NCBI GenBank assembly: GCA_032718475.1
Contig: JAUCBJ010002302.1
Location: 1-64,000 of the forward strand
Origin: Nemertoderma westbladi
Lineage: Eukaryota > Animalia > Xenacoelomorpha
Length of the DNA: 64,000 nt
Direction: 5' to 3'
A program made the translations under genes and the position numbers. Shown one piece after another: positions 47,001-58,496 of this stretch. The number at the start of each line of letters is the position of its first letter. The stretch's first letter is position 1. A model generated the notes under the pieces. It was not told where the DNA came from. It worked only from the letters and a program-made list of their open reading frames with translations, and ran no database searches.

Positions 47001-50000
47001 GCTCCTGGTGTATGCTCCTGGTGTATGCTCCTGGTGTATGCTCCTGGTGTATGCTCCTGGTGTATGCTCCTGGTGTATGCTCCTGGTGTATGCTCCTGGT
47101 GTATGCTCCTGGTGTATGCTCCTGGTGTATGCTCCTGGTGTATGCTCCTGGTGTATGCTCCTGGTGTATGCTCCTGGTGTATGCCCCTGGTGTATGCTCC
47201 TGGTGTATGCCCCTGGTGTATGCTCCTGGTGTATGCTCCTGGTGTATGCTCCTGGTGTATGCTCCTGGTGTATGCTCAACGTATACTCCCAATAATTTTT
47301 GGGTAGATTAATTTATTATAACTGTAAGACAGTTACACAGATGCTGCACGAAGACCCCACGCAAATTGTACTTGGAAAATTTCTAAACTTTTGCCAGACT
47401 ACATATGTACCAAGTTTGGATATATTTTATCGAGATTTGGCTGAGTTATTAACGTTTAAAATTGGACACAACAGATCAACAGAACAACAGACACACCGAT
47501 TGAGTTAGTGGTACCTGTATGCTAAGCTCGCTTACTTTCGTCGCTCGCCCCACACTCAATTAAAATTTAAATAATAATTACTTTATTTATATTAAAAATC
47601 CAAAATGTTTGATCGTGTTTGTTATTAATTTACATTTTATAAAGATATATCACTATATGGTATAACCTTTAAAGGTGGTACACACGGCCACTCTTCTTTT
47701 GCGACAGTTTTTTTTAATTAACCGATTTAAAATGCGTATTCCTAATCTGTAAACAGTTTTACGATAAGTTGTTTTGTTTTCGATTTATGCCAACATTTGT
47801 AACGTTCACTGAACAATTTGTACTCTTACTACTATCTTACTATAAAAGAATTCACCGGAATGTGGGGATTAAACTCGGTACATAGAGATTCCAAGTCCCA
47901 CGCTCTCCCAACTGATCCACTCCGCGCCGATGAACAAAAACCTTAAAACAAAAACCCAAGTGGAAATTAACAACACCAACAACGGAGTGAATACTAGAGT
48001 TCTCGCTACGGACCTAATGAATACTAGAGGTCTCGCTACCGACCTAATGAATACTAGAGTTCTCGCTACGGACCTAATGAATACTAGAGTTCTCGGTACG
48101 GACCTAATGAATACTAGAGGTCTCGCTACGGACCTAATGAATACTAGAGGTCTCGCTACGGACCTAATGAATACTAGAGTTCTCGCAACGGACCTAATGA
48201 ATACTAGAGGTCTCGCTACGGACCTAATGAATACTAGAGTTCTCGCTACGGACCTAATGAATACTAGAGTTCTCGCTACGGGGACCTAATGAATACTAGA
48301 GGTCTCGCTACGGACCTAATGAATACTAGAGGTCTCGCTACGGACCTAATGAATACTAGAGGTCTCGCTACGGACCTAATGAATACTAGAGTTCTCGCAA
48401 CGGACCTAATGAATACTAGAGGTCTCGCTACGGACCTAATGAATACTAGAGGTCTCGCTACGGACCTAATGAATACTAGAGGTCTCGCTACGGACCTAAT
48501 GAATACTAGAGGTCTCGCTACGGACCTAATGAATACTAGAGGTCTCGCTACGGGGACCTAATGAATACTAGAGGTCTCGCTACGGACCTAATGAATACTA
48601 GAGGTCTCGCTACGGACCTAATGAATACTAGAGGTCTCGCTACGGGGACCTAATGAATACTAGAGGTCTCGCTACGGACCTAATGAATACTAGAGGTCTC
48701 GCTACGGACCTAATGAATACTAGAGGTCTCGCTACGGACCTAATGAATACTAGAGGTCTCGCTACGGACCTAATGAATACTAGAGGTCTCGCTACGGACC
48801 TAATGAATACTAGAGGTCTCGCTACGGGGACCTAATGAATACTAGAGGTCTCGCTACGGACCTAATGAATACTAGAGGTCTCGCTACGGACCTAATGAAT
48901 ACTAGAGGTCTCGCTACGGACCTAATGAATACTAGAGGTCTCGCTACGGACCTAATGAATACTAGAGGTCTCGCTACGGACCTAATGAATACTAGAGGTC
49001 TCGCTACGGGGACCTAATGAATACTAGAGGTCTCGCTACGGACCTAATGAATACTAGAGGTCTCGCTACGGACCTAATGAATACTAGAGGTCTCGCTACG
49101 GGGACCTAATGAATACTAGAGGTCTCGCTACGGACCTAATGAGTACTAGAGGTCTCGCTACGGACCTAATGAATACTAGAGTTCTTGCTACGGGGACCTA
49201 ATGAATACTAGAGGTCTCGCTACGGGGACCTAATGAATACTAGAGGTCTCGCTACGGACCTAATGAATACTAGAGGTCTCGCTACGCGGACCTAATGAAT
49301 ACTAGAGGTCTCGCTACGGACCTAATGAATACTAGAGGTCTCGCTACGGACCTAATGAATACTAGAGGTCTCGCTACGGACCTAATGAATACTAGAGGTC
49401 TCGCTATGCGGACCTAATGAATACTAGAGGTCTCGCTACGGACCTAATGAATACTAGAGGTCTCGCTACGGACCTAATGAATACTAGAGGTCTCGCTACG
49501 GACCTAATGAATACTAGAGGTCTCGCTACGGACCTAATGAATACTAGAGGTCTCGCTACGGACCTAATGAATACTAGAGGTCTCGCTACGGACCTAATGA
49601 ATACTAGAGGTCTCGCTACGGGGACCTAATGAATACTAGAGGTCTCGCTACGGGGACCTAATGAATACTAGAGGTCTCGCTACGGAACTAATGAATACTA
49701 GAGGTCTCGCTACGGACCTAATGAATACTAGAGGTCTCGCTATGCGGACCTAATGAATACTAGAGGTCTCGCTACGGACCTAATGAATACTAGAGGTCTC
49801 GCTACGGACCTAATGAATACTAGAGGTCTCGCTACGGAACTAATGAATACTAGAGGTCTCGCTAAGGGGACCTAATGAATACTAGAGGTCTCGCTAAGGG
49901 GACCTAATGAATACTAGAGGTCTCGCTACGCGGACCTAATGAATACTAGAGGTCTCGCTACGGGGACCTAATGAATACTAGAGGTCTCGCTACGGACCTA

Positions 50001-53000
50001 ATGAATACTAGAGGTCTCGCTACGGACCTAATGAATACTAGAGGTCTCGCTAAGGGGACCTAATGAATACTAGAGGTCTCGCTACGGGGACCTAATGAAT
50101 ACTAGAGGTCTCGCTACGGACCTAATGAATACTAGAGGTCTCGCTACGGACCTAATGAATACTAGAGGTCTCGCTAAGGGGACCTAATGAATACTAGAGG
50201 TCTCGCTACGGGGACCTAATGAATACTAGAGGTCTCGCTACGGACCTAATGAATACTAGAGGTCTCGCTACGGACCTAATGAATACTAGAGTTCTCGCTA
50301 CGGACCTAATGAATACTAGAGGTCTCGCTACGGACCTAATGAATACTAGAGGTCTCGCTACGGACCTAATGAATACTAGAGGTCTCGCTAAGGGGACCTA
50401 ATGAATACTAGAGGTCTCGCTACGGGGACCTAATGAATACTAGAGGTCTCGCTACGGACCTAATGAATACTAGAGGTCTCGCTACGGACCTAATGAATAC
50501 TAGAGGTCTCGCTATGCGGACCTAATGAATACTAGAGGTCTCGCTACGGACCTAATGAATACTAGAGGTCTCGCTACGGACCTAATGAATACTAGAGGTC
50601 TCGCTACGGACCTAATGAATACTAGAGGTCTCGCTAAGGGGACCTAATGAATACTAGAGGTCTCGCTACGGACCTAATGAATACTAGAGGTCTCGCTAAG
50701 GGGACCTAATGAATACTAGAGGTCTCGCTACGGGACCTAATGAATACTAGAGGTCTCGCTACGGACCTAATGAATACTAGAGGTCTCGCTACGGACCTAA
50801 TGAATACTAGAGGTCTCGCTAAGGGGACCTAATGAATACTAGAGGTCTCGCTACGGGGACCTAATGAATACTAGAGGTCTCGCTACGCGGACCTAATGAA
50901 TACTAGAGGTCTCGCTACGGGGACCTAATGAATACTAGAGGTCTCGCTACGGACCTAATGAATACTAGAGGTCTCGCTATGCGGACCTAATGAATACTAG
51001 AGGTCTCGCTACGGACCTAATGAATACTAGAGGTCTCGCTACGGACCTAATGAATACTAGAGGTCTCGCTACGGACCTAATGAATACTAGAGGTCTCGCT
51101 ATGCGGACCTAATGAATACTAGAGGTCTCGCTACGGGACCTAATGAATACTAGAGGTCTCGCTACGGACCTAATGAATACTAGAGGTCTCGCTACGCGGA
51201 CCTAATGAATACTAGAGGTCTCGCTACGGACCTAATGAATACTAGAGGTCTCGCTACGGACCTAATGAATACTAGAGGTCTCGCTACGGACCTAATGAAT
51301 ACTAGAGGTCTCGCTACGGACCTAATGAATACTAGAGGTCTCGCTACGGACCTAATGAATACTAGAGGTCTCGCTACGGACCTAATGAATACTAGAGGTC
51401 TCGCTACGGACCTAATGAATACTAGAGGTCTCGCTACGGACCTAATGAATACTAGAGGTCTCGCTACGGACCTAATGAATACTAGAGGTCTCGCTACGGA
51501 CCTAATGAATACTAGAGGTCTCGCTACGGACCTAATGAATACTAGAGGTCTCGCTACGGACCTAATGAATACTAGAGGTCTCGCTACGGACCTAATGAAT
51601 ACTAGAGGTCTCGCTACGGACCTAATGAATACTAGAGGTCTCGCTACGGACCTAATGAATACTAGAGGTCTCGCTACGGACCTAATGAATACTAGAGGTC
51701 TCGCTACGGACCTAATGAATACTAGAGGTCTCGCTACGGACCTAATGAATACTAGAGGTCTCGCTACGGACCTAATGAATACTAGAGGTCTCGCTACGGA
51801 CCTAATGAATACTAGAGGTCTCGCTACGGACCTAATGAATACTAGAGGTCTCGCTACGGACCTAATGAATACTAGAGGTCTCGCTACGGACCTAATGAAT
51901 ACTAGAGGTCTCGCTACGGACCTAATGAATACTAGAGGTCTCGCTACGGGACCTAATGAATACTAGAGGTCTCGCTACGGGACCTAATGAATACTAGAGG
52001 TCTCGCTACGGACCTAATGAATACTAGAGGTCTCGCTACGGACCTAATGAATACTAGAGGTCTCGCTACGGACCTAATGAATACTAGAGGTCTCGCTACG
52101 GACCTAATGAATACTAGAGGTCTCGCTACGGACCTAATGAATACTAGAGGTCTCGCTACGGACCTAATGAATACTAGAGGTCTCGCTACGGACCTAATGA
52201 ATACTAGAGGTCTCGCTACGGACCTAATGAATACTAGAGGTCTCGCTACGGACCTAATGAATACTAGAGGTCTCGCTACGGACCTAATGAATACTAGAGG
52301 TCTCGCTACGGACCTAATGAATACTAGAGGTCTCGCTACGGACCTAATGAATACTAGAGGTCTCGCTACGGACCTAATGAATACTAGAGGTCTCGCTACG
52401 GACCTAATGAATACTAGAGGTCTCGCTACGGACCTAATGAATACTAGAGGTCTCGCTACGGACCTAATGAATACTAGAGGTCTCGCTACGGACCTAATGA
52501 ATACTAGAGGTCTCGCTACGGACCTAATGAATACTAGAGGTCTCGCTACGGACCTAATGAATACTAGAGGTCTCGCTACGGACCTAATGAATACTAGAGG
52601 TCTCGCTACGGACCTAATGAATACTAGAGGTCTCGCTACGGACCTAATGAATACTAGAGGTCTCGCTACGGACCTAATGAATACTAGAGGTCTCGCTACG
52701 GACCTAATGAATACTAGAGGTCTCGCTACGGACCTAATGAATACTAGAGGTCTCGCTACGGACCTAATGAATACTAGAGGTCTCGCTACGGACCTAATGA
52801 ATACTAGAGGTCTCGCTACGGACCTAATGAATACTAGAGGTCTCGCTACGGACCTAATGAATACTAGAGGTCTCGCTACGGACCTAATGAATACTAGAGG
52901 TCTCGCTACGGACCTAATGAATACTAGAGGTCTCGCTACGGACCTAATGAATACTAGAGGTCTCGCTACGGACCTAATGAATACTAGAGGTCTCGCTACG

Positions 53001-56000
53001 GACCTAATGAATACTAGAGGTCTCGCTACGGACCTAATGAATACTAGAGGTCTCGCTACGGACCTAATGAATACTAGAGGTCTCGCTACGGACCTAATGA
53101 ATACTAGAGGTCTCGCTACGGACCTAATGAATACTAGAGGTCTCGCTACGGACCTAATGAATACTAGAGGTCTCGCTACGGACCTAATGAATACTAGAGG
53201 TCTCGCTACGGACCTAATGAATACTAGAGGTCTCGCTACGGACCTAATGAATACTAGAGGTCTCGCTACGGACCTAATGAATACTAGAGGTCTCGCTACG
53301 GACCTAATGAATACTAGAGGTCTCGCTACGGACCTAATGAATACTAGAGGTCTCGCTACGGACCTAATGAATACTAGAGGTCTCGCTACGGACCTAATGA
53401 ATACTAGAGGTCTCGCTACGGACCTAATGAATACTAGAGGTCTCGCTACGGACCTAATGAATACTAGAGGTCTCGCTACGGACCTAATGAATACTAGAGG
53501 TCTCGCTACGGACCTAATGAATACTAGAGGTCTCGCTACGGACCTAATGAATACTAGAGGTCTCGCTACGGACCTAATGAATACTAGAGGTCTCGCTACG
53601 GACCTAATGAATACTAGAGGTCTCGCTACGGACCTAATGAATACTAGAGGTCTCGCTACGGACCTAATGAATACTAGAGGTCTCGCTACGGACCTAATGA
53701 ATACTAGAGGTCTCGCTACGGACCTAATGAATACTAGAGGTCTCGCTACGGACCTAATGAATACTAGAGGTCTCGCTACGGACCTAATGAATACTAGAGG
53801 TCTCGCTACGGACCTAATGAATACTAGAGGTCTCGCTACGGACCTAATGAATACTAGAGGTCTCGCTACGGACCTAATGAATACTAGAGGTCTCGCTACG
53901 GACCTAATGAATACTAGAGGTCTCGCTACGGACCTAATGAATACTAGAGGTCTCGCTACGGACCTAATGAATACTAGAGGTCTCGCTACGGACCTAATGA
54001 ATACTAGAGGTCTCGCTACGGACCTAATGAATACTAGAGGTCTCGCTACGGACCTAATGAATACTAGAGGTCTCGCTACGGACCTAATGAATACTAGAGG
54101 TCTCGCTACGGACCTAATGAATACTAGAGGTCTCGCTACGGACCTAATGAATACTAGAGGTCTCGCTACGGACCTAATGAATACTAGAGGTCTCGCTACG
54201 GGACCTAATGAATACTAGAGGTCTCGCTACGGACCTAATGAATACTAGAGGTCTCGCTACGGACCTAATGAATACTAGAGGTCTCGCTACGGACCTAATG
54301 AATACTAGAGGTCTCGCTACGGACCTAATGAATACTAGAGGTCTCGCTACGGACCTAATGAATACTAGAGGTCTCGCTACGGACCTAATGAATACTAGAG
54401 GTCTCGCTACGGACCTAATGAATACTAGAGGTCTCGCTACGGACCTAATGAATACTAGAGGTCTCGCTACGGACCTAATGAATACTAGAGGTCTCGCTAC
54501 GGACCTAATGAATACTAGAGGTCTCGCTACGGACCTAATGAATACTAGAGGTCTCGCTACGGACCTAATGAATACTAGAGGTCTCGCTACGGACCTAATG
54601 AATACTAGAGGTCTCGCTACGGACCTAATGAATACTAGAGGTCTCGCTACGGGACCTAATGAATACTAGAGGTCTCGCTACGGACCTAATGAATACTAGA
54701 GGTCTCGCTACGGACCTAATGAATACTAGAGGTCTCGCTACGGACCTAATGAATACTAGAGGTCTCGCTACGGACCTAATGAATACTAGAGGTCTCGCTA
54801 CGGACCTAATGAATACTAGAGGTCTCGCTACGGACCTAATGAATACTAGAGGTCTCGCTACGGACCTAATGAATACTAGAGGTCTCGCTACGGACCTAAT
54901 GAATACTAGAGGTCTCGCTACGGACCTAATGAATACTAGAGGTCTCGCTACGGGACCTAATGAATACTAGAGGTCTCGCTACGGACCTAATGAATACTAG
55001 AGGTCTCGCTACGGACCTAATGAATACTAGAGGTCTCGCTACGGACCTAATGAATACTAGAGGTCTCGCTACGGGACCTAATGAATACTAGAGGTCTCGC
55101 TACGGACCTAATGAATACTAGAGGTCTCGCTACGGACCTAATGAATACTAGAGGTCTCGCTACGGACCTAATGAATACTAGAGGTCTCGCTACGGACCTA
55201 ATGAATACTAGAGGTCTCGCTACGGACCTAATGAATACTAGAGGTCTCGCTACGGACCTAATGAATACTAGAGGTCTCGCTACGGACCTAATGAATACTA
55301 GAGGTCTCGCTACGGACCTAATGAATACTAGAGGTCTCGCTACGGACCTAATGAATACTAGAGGTCTCGCTACGGACCTAATGAATACTAGAGGTCTCGC
55401 TACGGACCTAATGAATACTAGAGGTCTCGCTACGGACCTAATGAATACTAGAGGTCTCGCTACGGACCTAATGAATACTAGAGGTCTCGCTACGGACCTA
55501 ATGAATACTAGAGGTCTCGCTACGGACCTAATGAATACTAGAGGTCTCGCTACGGACCTAATGAATACTAGAGGTCTCGCTACGGACCTAATGAATACTA
55601 GAGGTCTCGCTACGGACCTAATGAATACTAGAGGTCTCGCTACGGACCTAATGAATACTAGAGGTCTCGCTACGGACCTAATGAATACTAGAGGTCTCGC
55701 TACGGACCTAATGAATACTAGAGGTCTCGCTACGGACCTAATGAATACTAGAGGTCTCGCTACGGACCTAATGAATACTAGAGGTCTCGCTACGGACCTA
55801 ATGAATACTAGAGGTCTCGCTACGGACCTAATGAATACTAGAGGTCTCGCTACGGACCTAATGAATACTAGAGGTCTCGCTACGGACCTAATGAATACTA
55901 GAGGTCTCGCTACGGACCTAATGAATACTAGAGGTCTCGCTACGGACCTAATGAATACTAGAGGTCTCGCTACGGACCTAATGAATACTAGAGGTCTCGC

Positions 56001-58184
56001 TACGGACCTAATGAATACTAGAGGTCTCGCTACGGGACCTAATGAATACTAGAGGTCTCGCTACGGACCTAATGAATACTAGAGGTCTCGCTACGGACCT
56101 AATGAATACTAGAGGTCTCGCTACGGACCTAATGAATACTAGAGGTCTCGCTACGGGACCTAATGAATACTAGAGGTCTCGCTACGGGACCTAATGAATA
56201 CTAGAGGTCTCGCTACGGACCTAATGAATACTAGAGGTCTCGCTACGGACCTAATGAATACTAGAGGTCTCGCTACGGACCTAATGAATACTAGAGGTCT
56301 CGCTACGGACCTAATGAATACTAGAGGTCTCGCTACGGACCTAATGAATACTAGAGGTCTCGCTACGGACCTAATGAATACTAGAGGTCTCGCTACGGAC
56401 CTAATGAATACTAGAGGTCTCGCTACGGACCTAATGAATACTAGAGGTCTCGCTACGGACCTAATGAATACTAGAGGTCTCGCTACGGGACCTAATGAAT
56501 ACTAGAGGTCTCGCTACGGACCTAATGAATACTAGAGGTCTCGCTACGGACCTAATGAATACTAGAGGTCTCGCTACGGACCTAATGAATACTAGAGGTC
56601 TCGCTACGGACCTAATGAATACTAGAGGTCTCGCTACGGACCTAATGAATACTAGAGGTCTCGCTACGGACCTAATGAATACTAGAGGTCTCGCTACGGG
56701 ACCTAATGAATACTAGAGGTCTCGCTACGGACCTAATGAATACTAGAGGTCTCGCTACGGACCTAATGAATACTAGAGGTCTCGCTACGGACCTAATGAA
56801 TACTAGAGGTCTCGCTACGGACCTAATGAATACTAGAGGTCTCGCTACGGACCTAATGAATACTAGAGGTCTCGCTACGGACCTAATGAATACTAGAGGT
56901 CTCGCTACGGACCTAATGAATACTAGAGGTCTCGCTACGGACCTAATGAATACTAGAGGTCTCGCTACGGACCTAATGAATACTAGAGGTCTCGCTACGG
57001 ACCTAATGAATACTAGAGGTCTCGCTACGGGGACCTAATGAATACTAGAGGTCTCGCTACGGGGACCTAATGAATACTAGAGGTCTCGCTACGGACCTAA
57101 TGAATACTAGAGGTCTCGCTACGGACCTAATGAATACTAGAGGTCTCGCTACGGACCTAATGAATACTAGAGGTCTCGCTACGGACCTAATGAATACTAG
57201 AGGTCTCGCTAAGGGGACCTAATGAATACTAGAGGTCTCGCTAAGGGGACCTAATGAATACTAGAGGTCTCGCTACGGGGACCTAATGAATACTAGAGGT
57301 CTCGCTACGGACCTAATGAATACTAGAGGTCTCGCTACGGACCTAATGAATACTAGAGGTCTCGCTACGGACCTAATGAATACTAGAGGTCTCGCTAAGG
57401 GGACCTAATGAATACTAGAGGTCTCGCTACGGGGACCTAATGAATACTAGAGGTCTCGCTACGCGGACCTAAAAAATGCCTCAGATATTGCAACATGTTA
57501 TTCGTGGTGTAATTAGGTTGGTAAGCATTATTGGTAAGGTATGATATAATGATATAATCTCCACATAGCACAGTTGGGATAATTATACCTAACGTTGGCG
57601 AGCCTATAAATAGTAAAAGTTGAAAAGCTAGGTAACCAGCCAGGTGTTTTCCAAGCAACAGCTCGGCTGTGAATTTATCTAAGCTTCGGTAGAACGAACC
57701 AGTTTGGTCATTATAAATTCAGGATGGACCCAAAGGCCTAGAGAGCTGTTAATTCCTAAATTAGAATTTATTGCTAATCTCAATCGACTATGTTGTGGCA
57801 TTGTAATGTAGAATTATTAGTTAGTTAGCCGTGGTGTAATTTTTTACAATCCGACTATAAATTCGCTTATCGCCACTCCAAAATATAATTTTCATAGATT
57901 TTACATTTCTTAGCAATATTCAATAATGTGACGCGTTACATATAATTGAGGTTGAAGTACATTCAATATGATTTCTAATAGATTCGCATCGTGATTAATC
58001 TTACTACCGCTGTGCTGTTTCCGAGTGTCTATCGTATATTTATTTATGTAAGCTGTTGGCTACCTTGTTGAATATTGATCTCTCTCTAGGTTTGGTTTCA
58101 GCGGGCGATTTAACTAGTCTGTTATCTGATGACACTGTCAATGACTTACAAGCGATTGTGAAGGAGGTCACCCCCAAGGAAGAT
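26062..58184 (+). CDS. CDK5RAP2: Centrosomin / CDK5RAP2 / myomegalin-family gamma-tubulin-recruiting coiled-coil protein (multi-exon, 3' incomplete)
   Basis: CM1 motif across an exon junction: GHVSPFMPRPMKEYEK|MIDSLKADNFNLRCRVFYAEE; also the family motif EKKFALSRDKTIQGL and long coiled coils. Phase-consistent GT-AG exons: 26062-26075 (tentative start), 26326-26497, 27600-27805, 30906-31029, 31202-31480, 31590-31853, 32108-32285, 32834-33100, 34266-34451, 37239-37462, 37700-39752, 40059-40186, 44497-44626, 58090-58184, plus a probable 5' UTR exon ending at about 24688. Confidence 0.88.
26326..26497 (+). CDS. CDK5RAP2: Centrosomin-family exon, first half of CM1
   Basis: cccacag|G GAT CGG...GHVSPFMPRPMKEYEK|gt, ending in phase 0. 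Confidence 0.85.
27600..27805 (+). CDS. CDK5RAP2: Centrosomin-family exon, second half of CM1
   Basis: ctgtag|MIDSLKADNFNLRCRVFYAEE...KQELIEQA(AA)|gtaagt; phase 2 matches the exon at 30906. Confidence 0.9.
27779..30768 (+). repeat. 51-bp tandem array of exon end + 5' splice site (59 donor copies)
   Basis: Unit GAAACAAGAGTTAATAGAGCAGGCGAA|GTAAGTAGGTGGTACCTGGTGGAT. First GT at 27806 and last at 30764, which is 58 x 51 apart. Almost invariant. Confidence 0.97.
30906..31029 (+). CDS. CDK5RAP2: Centrosomin-family exon
   Basis: ttacag|G GCA ACT...ATIDSLNV...SRLVDQ|gttggt. Confidence 0.8.
31202..31480 (+). CDS. CDK5RAP2: Centrosomin-family exon
   Basis: ctatag|LNGVLREKSL...SRSVGVQVEDSSSSEL|gtgggt, phase 0/0. 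Confidence 0.75.
31590..31853 (+). CDS. CDK5RAP2: Centrosomin-family exon with the RDKTIQGL motif
   Basis: ttttctcag|LADKLNND...EKKFALSRDKTIQGLV...NLYK|gtattc. Confidence 0.88.
32108..32285 (+). CDS. CDK5RAP2: Centrosomin-family exon
   Basis: ttacag|ILMGYAIKRN...QISAT(G)|gtgggt, phase 0/1. Confidence 0.75.
32834..33100 (+). CDS. CDK5RAP2: Centrosomin-family exon (coiled coil)
   Basis: ttctcag|DLVNTLIKDL...TDTRNRV(G)|gtaagt, phase 1/1. Confidence 0.85.
33454..33938. mobile_element. Intronic foldback MITE
   Basis: GTCACCCCAGGGCTGAACTGACTTTT...AAAATATTTCC.TAGACATTTTAAC mirrored at 33870-33925. Superfamily unclear. Confidence 0.8.
34266..34451 (+). CDS. CDK5RAP2: Centrosomin-family exon
   Basis: cctcag|GETLPTPPS...EDAMVQTDD...VCMTSLL(G)|gtgagt, phase 1/1, open and compatible with both neighbours. 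Confidence 0.82.
34435..37181 (+). repeat. 32-bp tandem array of exon end + 5' splice site (about 86 copies)
   Basis: Unit GTATGACGTCATTGTTGG|G(T/G)GAGTTGAGTATA; the first unit overlaps the exon end. Confidence 0.97.
37239..37462 (+). CDS. CDK5RAP2: Centrosomin-family exon
   Basis: taatag|DDTTADIP...RRLQAE|gtgagg, phase 1/0. Confidence 0.85.
37700..39752 (+). CDS. CDK5RAP2: Centrosomin-family large coiled-coil exon (2053 bp)
   Basis: atttag|VDNEMRAKNQ...DVTSDI(G)|gtaagt, corresponding to the 708-aa ORF; E/K/L-rich heptads. Confidence 0.92.
40059..40186 (+). CDS. CDK5RAP2: Centrosomin-family exon
   Basis: tttctag|DQPNQKSLNIRTSKSLPDL...TIYNE|gttagt, phase 1/0. Confidence 0.78.
41311..44065. 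mobile_element. Sola-like non-autonomous transposon nested in the previous element
   Basis: TIRs GGGT(C/T)GTTCTCACAAAAAGTGGCCAAA; 4-bp TSD AAAT (41307-41310 and 44066-44069). Removing it restores the host's inverted-repeat arm. Confidence 0.82.
42463..43530. repeat. Composite about 39-bp minisatellite inside the Sola-like element
   Basis: Unit GTTACACGTGAAGGACTTAGAGATTAAGTTAGTGATGGC with 19-bp and 44-bp variants. Confidence 0.92.
44497..44626 (+). CDS. CDK5RAP2: Centrosomin-family exon
   Basis: Branch-like ACTAAC at 44471; ttacag|LPEVVSATDSAEVIADLRSQLAVSMERGDILKVQLNDLQRVIT(G)|gtaagt. Confidence 0.85.
45176..46475 (+). mobile_element. Second, 3'-truncated copy of the foldback MULE (left arm + core)
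   Basis: Near-identical to 9447-11329 but with far fewer 53-bp units. It breaks off at AAAAAAACCAGG; no right arm or second TSD. Confidence 0.92.
46471..47277. repeat. 13-bp minisatellite, about 62 copies
   Basis: Unit CCTGGTGTATGCT, starting at the MULE breakpoint CCAGG. Confidence 0.95.
47370..47553 (-). mobile_element. HINE-family terminal fragment
   Basis: CCAAGTTTGG...CTGAGTTA...ACAGA repeats...GGTACC...GCTCGCCCCACA, parallel to 6000-6139. Confidence 0.55.
47855..47926 (-). other. Degenerate tRNA-like sequence (SINE head or tRNA pseudogene)
   Basis: Minus strand CGGAG-TGGATCAGTTGGGAGAGC (A box)...CTTGGAA loop...GAGTTTAATCCC (decayed B box)...ATTCCG. Stems are imperfect, so it is not a functional tRNA. 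Confidence 0.5.
47988..57470. repeat. 30-bp satellite, about 310-315 copies (9.5 kb), intronic
   Basis: Unit TGAATACTAGAGGTCTCGCTACGGACCTAA; 31/32-bp variants are concentrated at the edges and the core (about 51200-57000) is homogeneous. Confidence 0.98.
58090..58184 (+). CDS. CDK5RAP2: Centrosomin-family exon (last one visible)
   Basis: ctctctag|GLVSAGDLTSLLSDDTVNDLQAIVKEVTPKED|gtaagt; the phase 1 start matches 44626. Confidence 0.75.
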
Positions 58185-58496
58185 GTAAGTCATTAACCCA
58201 TTATTCAACAGTTGTTGTATAAATATATAAAATAAATCTGAAATCTTGAGTGACGTAATTTGTGACAAAATTATATTTATTAATTAATTATATTATAATT
58301 GTAGTCCTAATGAATAATAAAAAAGAACTCTCATCGTGGAATAAGTTATTCATTGTTATTTTTATTTTAGCGTTTGAAAGAAATTCTACGATAATACGCC
58401 AATTTTATGTTGACAACATGTACCTCGTTTTTTTTTTTCAATTACGTAAGCCTGTTCTCGTTCTGTTAAACTGTGTCTGCTCAACTCAAATTATAT

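Noticed and set aside
46280-47311. Six overlapping ORFs, including a 324-aa MULE-ORF/repeat fusion
   Set aside because: The stop-free 13-bp unit opens all frames; there is no evidence of coding selection.
47855-47926. Functional tRNA-Pro(TGG) gene
   Set aside because: T-arm, B box and acceptor stem are degenerate; kept only as a tRNA-derived remnant.
47930-57038. (MNTRGLATDL)n ORFs up to 743 aa
   Set aside because: 30-bp satellite with frequent 1-2 bp indels; not coding.
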